A stretch of DNA of 63,477 nt, counting the filler, from Octopus bimaculoides (taxonomy: Eukaryota), in assembly GCF_001194135.2 (NCBI RefSeq). It is 5 parts of 5 records of this genome, joined end to end, with 100 filler letters (N's around TTAATTAATTAA, not from the genome) between each part and the next. Parts side by side here need not be neighbours in the genome. Positions count along the whole stretch, not along the records: positions 1 to 27,792 come from NC_069001.1; 4 more parts are not named here. One strand, 5' to 3'. This document shows, piece after piece, positions 14,291-26,725 of the stretch. Positions within the stretch are counted from its first letter, which is position 1, and each line of letters opens with the position of its first letter. The notes under the pieces are model-generated. The model made no database searches, had not been told where the DNA came from, and worked only from the letters and a program-made list of their open reading frames with translations. A program made the position numbers and the translations under genes.

Positions 14291-15138
14291 AAAAGAACGT
14301 TAATAATGATAACTATATATATATATATATATATATAATATTTATATATGCATAGTACGATCGCTTAGGCACTAATATAAATGACGGAACATTGATTCAC
14401 CGTTATGAAAGGGTGTCACAGTGACACGACTGGATGTCATATATATCTGTAATTACATTCCATGTATGTATTATATGTTCACACTCAGATATACATTCGT
14501 GTATTCACGCGGGCACACACACACACACATACATATATATACTCGTATATACTATATAAATGTAATATTCCTGAGAAATATTATCAGTTGAAAACAACAA
14601 GAGGTTCTTATGAGCATCAAAAAGAAAGATTACACAATCCGATTGTTTTAAATATTATACAATCAATTTTCATTGAGATATGATTAATCGATCGGTGTCT
14701 GAATGAATTGAAAATAAAATATAAAAGAATTTCCATAATTATTGAAAAGGAAAGGATACAGGCGCAATCCAATAAGCCACACACGCAAGCTCAAAATTCG
14801 CACATACAGCTAGATCCATGAAACTACACGCACGCACTTACACACACGCACGTGCACACACACACACCCACACGTACGCATACATACACACACACGCACT
14901 TACGGACACACACACACAAAAACAAAAGCACACACATACGTCACACCCACACTCACGCACAGAAGCAAGCAGTAACTCACGTAAACACACGTGCGTGTGT
15001 ATATTTGTGTATATATGTATATATACATATACGCAACAGACGCAATATATATATATATAGAAAATATGATAAACTTACATAAGACGGTCACAAATATGAC
15101 GTAAGTTTGAAAAACCAAATATATATGCATGCATATAT

Positions 15139-15178
<40 letters not shown>

Positions 15179-16082
15179 AGAGTAGAAGCTTTACCTTTCG
15201 AGCATAGCTCTTCTTCGGAAAGAGGAATAAACAGGAAAGACCAATACGATGGAGGAAAAAATCACCAACAATCAAGGGAGAAAGAGGGAGAGAGAGAGAG
15301 ATGTTCAGACGCTCACAATATATGCATGTGTGTGTTTGTGAACGTATGCGTTTGTGTGTATCTATCTACACTTTCATGTTTTCATTAAGGCTTTTAGGTA
15401 TAGATAGAACGAAGAAATGTTCACCTCTGACAGAAATTTCAATGCTGTCTACTTCATTGGAAAGAGAAATATTATACTAAAATTTATGTATGACAGAAGC
15501 GAACTTTATTAAATAATACACCAATTGAAGCATACTTAATATATTCGACGCTAACAATAGTTAACATCGTGAGACTCCATAACAGTTTTCCCTTCTTCAA
15601 CAATAAAATCAGTTTTGTATTACAACAACGTGAGTTTATTCGCCGTATTTCATTGGTCTTCCATTTGAAGCTCTACATTTTCGTTCTTCTTCTTTTACGG
15701 TATTAATTAGAAACAATATTTGTCTGCGAAAAAGTCTTTAGATTTACTAAATAACATTAATGGCTTTTAAACGATCACTGGCGTTTTAAAAAAATCACAC
15801 TATTTTAAACGATCACTGGCGTTGTTTCAGCATGGCCGCAACCTTGGAGGCTGAGAGATGTAAAAATGATGAAATATTGCGCAAATGTAGTAACTTTGAG
15901 AAAACAAATTATGGTATGATGATGTAATACAAATTTGACGAGAAGTAAATAATAAATGTGTGTGTGTGTGTGTGTGTGTGTGTTAGCCTGGTGAGTCCAG
16001 AGATTGCATAAATTGCTTCGGAAACTTTATTTCCGAGTCAAACTGCTGCTTTCCCTTCACTCTCTCAAGTGTTTTGACTATG

Positions 16083-16200
16083 TGCAGGAGTGGCTATGTG
16101 GTAAGAAGCCTGCTTCCCAAACACATGGTCCCAGGCTCAGACCTACATCGTGGCACCTTGGGCCGACTAAAGCCATCTGGGTGGATTTGTGGGTGTGTGT
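16083..16200 (+). mobile_element. SINE family B head (internally deleted)
   Basis: GCAGGAGTGGCTATGTGGTAAGAAGCCTGCTTCCCAAACACATGG...GTGGCACCTTGGGC. Confidence 0.7.
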
Positions 16201-17055
16201 GTGTGTGTGTTTGTGTGTGGACATGTATGTGTAAGTAGATGGAAAGAGGGAGAGAGAAAGAAAAAAGAAACGTGTGTAAACGCGGCACTTTCATATATAT
16301 TTCTCAGTAACTGGTAACAGTGTGTGTATTGCGTGAGTCTACCTGTGTATGTGTCTCTGTATGCGCTTGCTTTTGCTGTGTTTTGTGATTATGCGTGCCC
16401 TAACACCTCACTATCATGGAAATTTACGAGGGCGGAACTAGTTTCTCTAAATCCAGACCTAAAACCCCTACAATTTCGCCACAACTATTGAGGATTAATT
16501 GTAACATTTTAAGTTGTAAATTTGACAATATTTCTTTCATACTGGTTTTTCGTTATCGTAATATCTCTCAATCATTCCTCCGGCTATAACTTGAAGAAAG
16601 ATGGAATTCTTCTGAACTGATTTAAAACTGAATACAACACAAACATAGAAATAGGCAAACGTAAGTGATAACACTACAGTATTGTAGGCTCTGTGAGTAA
16701 ATATAAACTCACGTTTGTCTTTCCTCTCCACATACACATTAAATACGAGAAAGTGATAGAGCCCTTGCAGCAATCTCAATCAATGGATTGGCAGCTTAAA
16801 TCTCCTATCTTCCATTTATGTATGTGCAATTATTCCTTGCACGTATCGTCATTTTTGCTACGGCTCTCAAAGAACAAATAATAATAATAATAATAAAAAT
16901 AAAAATAATAATAGACATACTTCAGGGATAAAAATATAAAGTTTTTAAATATTGATTTTATTAGATAATTTTAAAAAAACAAATAATGGCAATATTAATC
17001 TCTATTGTATTTATTTAAAGAATTCCTTTTTACAACCTGTAGGCGCCTTTCAATT

Positions 17056-18510
17056 TTGATAAATTCCTTTTAGCACCATTGTAGGAATGCTTTATTTAAT
17101 GTAAAAAAAACAAAAATATGTTTTTTTTTTTCCTTATCGTATGTTCATTTCCAAAGGATTTTTCTTCAATGGCGATCAACAAATAATATGCTTCCTTTTT
17201 TAAGATAAAAAAGAATGAGATGTAAGAAATAAAAGAAAACTATAGGTAAATAAGATCTTGCCCTATTGTATTTGTAAGAAGCGAATAGATGATAATACAT
17301 AACCGTGTTAACATAAAAGGGATTCAGTCATGATATCAATCTGGTTTTTATGTGTGAAATATTTTCTGTCACTCCCAGCACTAAGGACATGTCAGTTAAA
17401 AGAAAAATGCAAATAGAATTTTAAAATTAAATGTGCTTTTGTATATGTGTTACTGTGTTATTGTCGATCATGTGACCAAACGCAAAGGTCGAAAGAGTAA
17501 ACGTGAAACGTAAGAAAGACTATAACAAATGACCTAACAGGGTAAAATATTAAAACCTGCGTTATAATATTTCTTTTTTCGAAACAGTTTAATTTCTGAA
17601 ATATATTCCAATAATTTTGCTTCTTTTATTTATGATATGAAGCAAGAGCACCTGAAACTTGTTAGTTAAAAACAGTTTATTTGAGTAACATAATATATTT
17701 CCTCTTTTCGTTATGCCACTTAATGTTAACTATTTTAGGAAAAATAAGAAGTAAAGTGCTTATAAAAACATTTTAAGTTTGATAAATTCCTTTTAGTAAC
17801 ATTATGGGAATATTCTGTTTAGTGAAAAAAAGAAAATATTTTTGTTATCCTTATAATATGTTCAATTGTAAATGATTTTTACTTCAATGGCAATGAACAA
17901 AAAATATTCTCTTTCCTTTTTTTAAAAGGAGATGAGGTAAGAAATAAAAATAGTATAGTTAAATAAAAACACGTCCATTGTGTTTGTAAGAAGTGAATAG
18001 ATTGTAATGCATAATCGTGTTGACACAAAAGGGATTCAGTCTCGATATCGACTCGGGGTTTTATGCGTGGAATGTTTTCTGTCACTTTGAGCAGGAGGGA
18101 CATGTCATTTGAAAGGAAAATGCAAATAGAATTTTAAATTACATGTCCGTTTGTGTATGTGTGCTACTGTTATTGCAAATCATATGATCAAACACAAAAA
18201 CCGGACAAGAAAACGTCAAACGTGAGAAGGACGGATCGAAATGACTTAACTATTGCATCACTATATACTTCTATATTTCAGGGGAGAATGTAAACATCAA
18301 AATATTAATTAATTTTTTTCTAAAAAGATAGAACCGCTGAAATGTATTTAAAATATTTTCTTTTTTTCTTCATGATAAGATGCCAGAACACCTGGAATAT
18401 GTTCGTTTATAAATATTTATATGAGTAACATCGTGTATTTCCTACCTTCGTTACGCCACATTAGTGTAACTATTTTAGGGAAAATAAGAAAAGTGTATGT
18501 AAAAACATTT
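17056..18510. repeat. Diverged tandem duplication of a ~720-bp non-coding unit (17056-17776 and 17777-18510)
   Basis: Both units begin TTTGATAAATTCCTTTTAG and share AAAAGGGATTCAGTC, TTTTCTGTCACT, GGACATGTCA, AAATGCAAATAGAATTTTAAA and AACTATTTTAGG.AAAATAAGAA. Confidence 0.9.
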
Positions 18511-18705
18511 ATTTGTAGTTTTAAATCGGAATTTATTCGAGAAATATATAACATTTATTTTTCCTATTCAGCTATGTCAAAACACTAAAAACCAATCAAA
18601 CCTACAGTTCACATATCTACCTGTACTATTACGTACACATGAAGAAATAAAACGCTTCCATCGAATAACAGAGAAATTGTGCATATGAAGATATGTAACC
18701 TAACA

Positions 18706-18796
18706 TACTATTTTAATGTCATCCATGTGAATAATACGCTATGCATGGTAGTACAATGTTTTCCATATTATTCACATGTATGACATTAAAATAGTA
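18706..18796. repeat. 91-nt hairpin: 31-bp arms (1 mismatch), 29-nt loop
   Basis: TACTATTTTAATGTCATCCATGTGAATAATA versus TATTATTCACATGTATGACATTAAAATAGTA. Confidence 0.9.
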
Positions 18797-18889
18797 CAAA
18801 AATCACTCAATACATAACAACAACAAAACAAGAAAATGCGGAATTTACACGAAATTGTCACGAAAAGCAACAGCGAGGAAATTATTCTT

Positions 18890-19345
18890 TTATTCTTTTA
18901 TTTGTTTGTCATTTGACTGCGGCCATGCTGGAGCACCGCCTTTAGTGGAACAAATCGAACTCAGGACTATTCTTTGTAAGCCTAGTTCTTATTCTATCTG
19001 TCCATTTTGCCGAACCGCTAGTTTAATGGGACGTTAACATACCNNNNNNNNNNNNNNNNNNNNNNNNNNNNNNNNNNNNNNNNNNNNNNNNNNNNNNNNN
19101 NNNNNNNNNNNNNNNNNNNNNNNNNNNNNNNNNNNNNNNNNNNNNNNNNNNNNNNNNNNNNNNNNNNNNNNNNNNNNTATATATATATATATATGTACGA
19201 CGAGCTTCTTTCAGTTTTCGTCTACCAAATGCATTCACAAGGCTGTAGTCGGCCCGAGGCTATACTAGAAGACTCTTGCCAGAGGTGCCACACAGTAGGA
19301 TTGAACCCGGAACCATGTAGTTGGTAAGCAAGCTACTTACCACAG
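18890..19345 (-). mobile_element. SINE family B copy with a central (TA)n/gap
   Basis: Head GTGGTAAGTAGCTTGCTTACCAAC.ACATGGTTCCGGGTTCA..CC; 3' part GGTGCTCCAGCATGGCCGCAGTCAAATGAC. Confidence 0.75.
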
Positions 19346-20194
19346 CCGTTGATAGAATGTTAGAGGAAACACTTCAATGTTTATTAATAGCAATGATGTG
19401 CCCCATGAACATAACGTTCATCTTTTACCCGCTATTGATTGTGTTCATGTGTGTATGTAAGCACTGACATAATATAATGAGCCTATATACCCTTCTATGT
19501 GTGAATATATACACGCTTATACACATGTGCTTGAACTTTTTTTGATAATGATTCGCGTATATACGATGTCAAGAATGTAATATGTAATATTTCTGAATAC
19601 GTGGACCAGAATGGTTCACAGACACATGTCAATCAAAGCTAACTGAAAACCTTGGTAATACTCTGTTACCAAAATAAAAATTCATATAGATGTACAGTAT
19701 TCTTCGTCGTTATAAAGGGAGAAATTCACGCGGCTGTTTGTAGATTTACTTCTGCAAGAGACAGCTCATGAACAAGATGTTTAAAGAAATCGGTTTCGTG
19801 TGGGCTGGAACCTCTGCCAAAAATTTCATAAGTAACTAATTACGAATACATGCTGATATGTAGCAGAATTGTTGTACATTCGTTCGGGGAAAATATTTCA
19901 GTTATCAAGTAAAGCTGCGAGGGTGTGATAACTATGAATGTGAGGTGCGTAGATATGAAATCCACATCTCACTATTCTGCAAGTGATAATCCCGAAAATA
20001 CTCTAAATCAAATAGATTTTATCCATCTCTCGCTTTCTCTCTCGGCACACCCACATAAACTCATACGCGCGCAAGCCCGCCCGCTCGAAATTACACACGC
20101 CTATTCAAAAAGAGACCACTCTAGGCATCGTGGAATGTTCAGGATCGGCAGACGTACTTGTAAACCAGGAGCAACAACGGAATGTTTGCCTTTA

Positions 20195-20440
20195 ATCTTT
20201 TTCTTTCAGTCATTTGTCTGCGGCCATGCTAGAGCACTGCCTCGAAGTGTTTCATTCGAACAAATCGAGGCCGGTGTTTATCTTTTCAAGGCATGTGCTT
20301 GTGATATCGGTTCCTGTTACCAAACCGAATCAACCCTTAAGGCTCTCGTCGGGTCGAGAAGCAGATGTTGTGACGCTGTGGGATTGAACTTGGTGCCATG
20401 TGGTTGGGAAGCATGCTTCTTCTCAAACAGCCATGCTTGG
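20195..20440 (-). mobile_element. SINE family B copy (diverged)
   Basis: GCATGCTTCCCAACCACATGG..CCAAGTTCAATCCCAC...GTGCTCTAGCATGGCCGCAG. Confidence 0.65.
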
Positions 20441-21914
20441 ATTCTATGAATATTTATTTATTTATTCATTTCGAACATATAACGGGAAAGAATATATAAT
20501 AATATAAATAGTGTAAACAAATAAATAAAAATAACATCTGACTATATGAATTCAATACGCTTAAATTAAAACTGCTGAATTATAAATTGTTCAACCCCTA
20601 TTATTTCTTTCTTCGGCATTTAAGAACCCTTTTTAGATTAGTAGTTCTAGACCATTCTGTATCTATGGGACCCTTTGATTCTTATTTCATTCTGGTAGAC
20701 CACCATAACCATTCGATGTTTAGGAAATAGTTTCATGGTTTCTTCTTTCAAAATTCCTATTTTGTCGAATACTCTCACGCATTCAATTGCGTAGGATGAA
20801 CTATGTAAAACGTCAGGCAAAGAACTACGGCTGTTTCTTGCAAGAAATACACCGAAAGTAAACTTTTTTCGTGGACTCATAAAATACCACTGTCAACACA
20901 ATTTACTATTTTGCATATGTGGACCCTGCACAATCATATATCAACCACATGGGATCACATAGACCTCGGTTGAAAACCACTCATTTATATGAATAAAGTA
21001 GAAAATTAACTAATGATAATACAAATGAATTTATCGTTTCTTTTGGGACTTGCTGACGAAGTAGGCTGCGCTAAAATCTCATAATCTAATAAGCAGTATT
21101 CCTTATAAAATAAGATTTTCGCTCTACAGAAATACAAAATCAAAATTAAGTTCTGAGATCGATATTTACAATGGATTATCTAAAATATTAACGAAATGTA
21201 TTGCTGAAATGTTTGTCAAGAGTACAACTGCAATGTCGATTATTATGTGTCTAAATAGCAATCTGGGTTGTAATTCTATTTGTAGTCAGCACGTCTTTAT
21301 GTCGGTGCAACTGCACAGTAGTCCGGACAAATGTAATGAATGGAAATTTTGTAGACGAAATTGACATTGCAATTGTTTTTATAATTTATATCAGAATAAT
21401 CCAAGGGAAAGCAATTATATAAATTAATTACCCCTTCAACCGAATGTCTAGTCCTTTGAGTCACTCCCTAACCTCTGCTATTTATTAATAAAAAAAATTT
21501 TTTAAAAATATATATATAGAGAGAGAGAGAGGGGGGGGGAGAATTAGCTAGATGGATATATGTGTGTATGTGCGTGTGTGTAAGACAGAGAGAGAGAGGG
21601 AGGGAAATAAAGAAAGGAACTGACAACGAAAGAGATGTATATGTACATACACATATAAGCAAACAAACAAACACCTACACACATACGTCCACACATACAT
21701 AAAGGGTCGAAGAGATATATGACAAAAGACAGATATACAGGTAGACAGAAAATAGAGTGAGTGAGAGACAAACCGACAAAGATTTAATATTTATTTGAGT
21801 GAGTAGATATCCGTCTAAAAGTGTGCGTCGTTACAACGATTTCCTTTCTCTGTACAAGGAAAATTAAATGCGATATTCGCTGAAGATATATAGCATATAT
21901 ATGTTGTTGTTGGC

Positions 21915-22400
21915 ACTCCGTCGCTTACGACGTCGAGGGTTCCACTTGATCCGCTCAACGGAACAGCCTGCTCGTGAACTTAACGTGCAAGTGGCTGAGC
22001 ACTCCACAGACACGTGTACTCTTAACGTAGTTCTCGGGGATATTCAGCGTGACACAGTGTGACAAGGCTGACCCTTAGAATTACAGGTACAACAAAAACA
22101 GGAAGTAAAAGTGAGAGAACGNNNNNNNNNNACGTGTACTCTTAACGTAGTTCTCGGGGATATTCAGCGTGACACAGTGTGACAAGGCTGACCCTTAGAA
22201 TTACAGGTACAACAAAAACAGGAAGTAAAAGTGAGAGAACGTTGTGGTGGAAGAGGACAGCAGGGTTCGCCACCATCCTCTGCCGGAGCGTCGTGGAGCT
22301 TTAGGTATTTTCGCTCAATAAACAGTCACAACACCCGGTCTGGGAATCGAAACTGCGATTCTACGACCGCTGCCCTCACCACTGGGTCATTGCGCCTCCG
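21915..22400 (-). mobile_element. SINE family C (tRNA head GGAGGCGCAATG.CCCAGTGG); contains an assembly duplication
   Basis: B-box-like GTTTCGATTCCCAGACC; the 3' half CACGCTGAAT.TCCCCGAGAACTACGTTAAG...GTCGTAA is shared with family D. Confidence 0.75.
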
Positions 22401-23097
22401 CAGCATATATATATAGCATTTTATTTAACCCCCATGTACAATGAGAACCATCAATATTAGTCTTGGGCCTTCCATTAAAATGTGTAATCGTGTAAATGGC
22501 TTTGTTACCAACATACACGAAGAAGCTTGCCTACATAGAGACACATACGTAAGCAGAGTCACACAAGTATAGGATATGGATAGAGAGATGCACGAATACT
22601 TGTATAATTTAAGAGGCTCCACTTTCCAAAAGCCGGCCATATAACTGTCTGCTAATAAAGTTTTGGTCCATGATATTGGCTATGACTGGAATGAGTTATT
22701 TAGCTCCTGTTTTAAGGTAATCTACAGCCAACAAGGGCAAATATGTATTATCTCTTTCCGGTCGTTCGTACAGTTAGCAGCACATAGTGAATGGAGGAGT
22801 ATGAAATTGTTTTGAATCGCATTCATGCTATCTGTTTTCACTAGCTTTCCACTATTATGCAAAAAAAAAAAAACACACACATACTTATGTGTGTGTATGA
22901 GTGTGTGTATGTGTGCCTGTAGGCATGTGTCTATTGTTTTCAGTTAAAAGGTTTTCTTGTACTTGCCATAGTTACATCAACGCAGTTAATATTAACATCA
23001 CAATAACAATTATATCACAACACTAACATCATGGAAAACAACAAGAATATACTAAAGTTGTTCAGCAAATTTAGGATAACAGCAACAATAATAATAA

Positions 23098-23510
23098 TGA
23101 TTTCAAATTTTGGCTCAAGGCCAGCAGTTTGTGAGGAGGGAATAAGGCGATTACATCGACTCCAGTGTTTCACTGCTACTTAACGTATCGACCCCGAAAA
23201 TACGGAAGCAAAGCCGACCTCGGCGGTATTCGGAATAGAAACGTAGCTGCAGACGAAATGCCGCTAACCATTTTTGCCCGGCGTGCCAACAATTCTGGTA
23301 GCTCGCTGCCTTATTATTGATAATAATAATGGCTTCAAGTTTTGCCACAACGTCAGCCATTTTGTGGGAGAGGATATGTCGATTACATCGACCACAGACC
23401 AAAATACTTGTTTTATCGACCCCTAGAGGAAGAAAAGAGTAGTCTACCTCGGTGGAAATTAAACTCAGAACTTATGCGAAATGCTGCTAAATATTTTGCC
23501 AGGTCGACGC
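23098..23510 (-). mobile_element. Two tandem SINE family A copies
   Basis: Two successive blocks TTTCAA.TTTTG.C.CAA.G.CAGC...GATTACATCGAC...TATCGACCC...CTCGG.GG at 23098-23310 and 23330-23510. Confidence 0.7.
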
Positions 23511-23964
23511 CATTACATAACAACAACAACAATAATAACAATAATAATAATAATAATAATAATAATAATTATTATTATTATTATTATTATTATCATTATT
23601 ATTATAACAATGCATAGCTGGCATAAGAATAACGGCAGTATCTACTATACTAATAGTATATGAGAGGAGTGATAATCGTGACGTAAGCGAAACGTCAAAC
23701 TCATGTATCCCACCACCAGAACCACCACCACTACTACTAGTACTATATTTGCTTGTGTTGATGGTGCTGCGACTAATACTGACGTGAGTAAGAATATTTT
23801 ATCTGAGAGTGTTAAGGAACAGACTGCTTTGATTTTCATTCTTTGAACACAGAATTATCATTCTCAAGATCTGATGGAAGTGTTCTCTGCGAAATATAGT
23901 ACAATAATACAGATTTCATGTTCTCTGTTTTTTTCTTGATCTTCTCTTCGTTCCATTATTTGCG

Positions 23965-24012
<48 letters not shown>

Positions 24013-25234
24013 TACGCACATTACAAAAACGTGTGTTTGTAAGTGTGTATGTGTGTGTGTCATTGTTTGTATGTGCATGTGTATTTATTCGGCAAAGCGC
24101 ACGCACACATACAAAATCTACATATCCTCTTTCATTTCTCACTCACTTTGGCACATTTTCTCCCTTGATCGCATGCGCTCCCCCTCACGGAATCTTCCCA
24201 ATATTATATGTCTGCCAAATCTCTTGTGTCTAAATCATATAGTCTCTACTGTTCGCAGTAGAATGTATCGAATTTAAAACCAGATAGTGTAAATAATTGT
24301 TTCCTACAATAAGAGAAACGCTTTCGTGTTTATATTATTTTATAGATGAAGATCAAAATAAATGTTGAAAGCCTTTATATTAAGACTTTGGTAATACAGT
24401 TCATACAACAGCAGAACACAGTAAAACGTCTTCTATAAATTAATAGAAAAGCCATTACGCTTCGTTTACTCTTTAAATGTATGTGGAGCACTCGAATGTC
24501 TGAAGAACCTCGTGTTCAAGACTTTAGGATATTTGAACACAAGTTAAGTAAAGTTGTAAAACGAATTAGAATTAGTTTAAGCATAGACACACACTTCCGG
24601 GATATGGTTTCAAAACTTTATACGCATGCACTCACTCACATAAAGATGAAAAGACACGAGTCGTATAAATGTTACTCATACAACTTCTATATTATCTCAC
24701 TGGTCTGGTTTTCTCTGATTCACTGTAAATAATTCGATTTACTTTCGTCTTTTTCTACTGTATTTAATACGAGACTGGTATAACTTTATTTAAACTTGCT
24801 TCAGGGTGTGCATTCTATATAATATGTGGAAGATATGGTACTACAAAATTATATGCATTATAAAACATACTTTTGTATATAGGAAATCATTAGGTACAAA
24901 ATGACTTTGGTAGATTTGTTATAATTCCAGACTGAAATGGATGCAACGAATGGGATTATACGCACTATCTTTCACTGCTAAAGATTTCTGCAAAATTGTA
25001 GAAATACACAGCAATGACGAAAGCAATGCGTGTTCGAATGACCTGCCAATAGCAGGGGCTTAGATACTCTCGAACCACCATTTGTTTTTTGAAATGCATG
25101 GACTTATTTGAAAACGTATTGGAAAAAAATGACACCTAAAATGATCAGATTACTGTAACAGGAGTAACTGTTTTCAGGAGTTTCGCTGATCATGTCACAT
25201 TTATGATTACGAAATAACTGTATTATTAAGCGAT

Positions 25235-25430
25235 CTGGCAGAATCCTTAGCACGTCGAAGATATGATTACAAGTATTTCTTCGAAGTTAACGTTCTAAGT
25301 TCAAATTCCACTGGAGTCGACTCTCCCTTTCAGTGTCGATAAAATAAGTATTACGTGAGTACCGGAGCTTATGTTATCCACTTACATGCTCCACCAAAAT
25401 TTCAGGCCATATACATTGAGTAGAAAGGAG
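25235..25430 (+). mobile_element. SINE family A copy
   Basis: CTGGCAGAATCCTTAGCACG...AGTTCAAATTCC...GTCGATAAAATAAG...CCAAAATTTCAGGCC. Confidence 0.65.
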
Positions 25431-25719
25431 TATTATCAAATACAGGAATTTAATATATTGCGTATTGGGATAAATTCCGTTGTTGATATATTTGTTTAAA
25501 TAATACTGTTATATTTAATGTGGGATGTCATCATAAGTGTTTATCCTTCCATGGCGATTTCTCTTTTTCCGAACAGAACTTTATACGGAATATCAGTATT
25601 AAATCAACCCTACGTTTCTTGAGTCCATAGATTTTATTTACAAAGTATTTAGCAGTTATCTCTAGGTTGTAAAAAATTGTGTAGAAGGATCCATCGTTGA
25701 TTCAAAGTAAGAATCGCGG

Positions 25720-25881
25720 TGTAGTAAAGATTGTTTGCTAACATAATATGGCAATATTGGTTTAGGACGATTGTTGCTGTAATTTAGCCCCCGGGGACAT
25801 CGTCTACAGCTGGCTAAATTACAGCAACATTCATCCTAAACCAGGACTGCCGTGTTATGTTGGCAAACAATCTTTACTACA
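25720..25881. repeat. 162-bp palindromic MITE-like hairpin (70-bp arms, ~22-nt loop)
   Basis: TGTAGTAAAGATTGTTTGC.AACATAA...TGTTGCTGTAATTTAGCC is mirrored at the right end. Confidence 0.8.
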
Positions 25882-26299
25882 AAGTACTGTTGCTGAATAT
25901 CTCTCGTTGTGAGATTTAAAATTTGTGATTTTCTAATAATAGTGGTATCTAACATTAGTAAGTGGTATCAGAATTGAAATGGCTGAAACGATAGAGAATT
26001 GCGTTTTTAATTGTGCCATTGCTATGCTATTTGATATCAACCCCCTGGGGGATGGGATGTATTTTTTTTTTACATTTTCAGAAGCTACATTTCACACAGC
26101 ATTTAATTGAGAGAATAAAATCAAACACTATAAACAGACTATAAATCATTTATAAAAAGTGAATCAAAATGGTTCAGAGTAATTGGAAATAATATCAAGT
26201 AAATCCCCGAGGGTTTGATAGACGGAGGTTAAAAAAAAAAAAAAAATCTTTTCAGAAATTTGTAAAATATTTAAGTAAAGTTACTTTCATGAAACTTTG

Positions 26300-26485
26300 G
26301 TTTCAAAGTTTGGTACAATGCCTGCAATTTCAGAAGTTGGACTGAGTCGATTACGTAGACTCCAGTACGCAAGTGGTACTCATTTTAGCGTCGCCGAAAG
26401 GCAAAGTGGATTTTGGTGGAATTTGAACTATGCTGCTAAGCATAATATATGTCGTGCTAACAAAACTACCAGCTCGCCTGCTTAT
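26300..26485 (-). mobile_element. SINE family A copy (internally deleted), head-to-head with the hammerhead SINE
   Basis: AAGTGGTACTCATTTTAGCGTCGCCGAAAGG...GGAATTTGAAC...CCAGCTCGCC. Confidence 0.65.
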
Positions 26486-26488
26486 ATT

Positions 26489-26725
26489 GGTAGAGGTTAA
26501 GAGCGCGGGCTACTAACCCCAAGATTCCGAGTTCAATTCCAGGCAGTGACCTGAATAATAACCATAATAATAATAATAATATCATCGAAAAATATCTTAG
26601 GAATGAGAACCCAGTTTCGAAATTTGCCCAAGACACCTGACGAAGGCTGGAGGGTATATGAGACGAAACGTTGTGTTAACAACAAACAAGATGAGGACAA
26701 ATATCCGTCGAATGTAAATAATGTA
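26489..26725 (+). mobile_element. tRNA-headed SINE-like element carrying a hammerhead ribozyme motif
   Basis: tRNA-like head TGGTAGAGGTTAAGAGCGCGGGCTACTAACCCCAAGATTCCGAGTTCAATTCC (A-box-like start; B-box GAGTTCAATTCC), then an (AAT)n linker, a body with GACAC-CTGACGA...GAAAC-GTT-GTGTT, and the tail AATGTAAATAATGTA. Confidence 0.65.
26632..26677 (+). ncRNA. Minimal type I hammerhead ribozyme motif (stem II partly decayed)
   Basis: Stem I GACAC/GUGUU; core CUGACGA and GAAA; palindromic stem III AACGUU with a GUU cleavage triplet. Stem II 3' strand is mutated (TGAGAC versus TCAGCC in the 54.6-kb copies). Confidence 0.6.

Noticed and set aside
20647-20980. 77-aa minus-strand ORF beside a hAT-like terminus (GAGTGGTTTTCAACC)
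   Set aside because: Only one TIR-like end was found and the ORF has no recognisable domain; possibly a MITE fragment but unsupported.
22012-22241. Exact 110-bp direct repeat within a SINE
   Set aside because: The copies are identical and separated by exactly 10 N, indicating an unmerged contig overlap.
26489-26553. tRNA gene
   Set aside because: No complete cloverleaf or acceptor stem; it continues into a repeat body, so it is called a SINE head instead.
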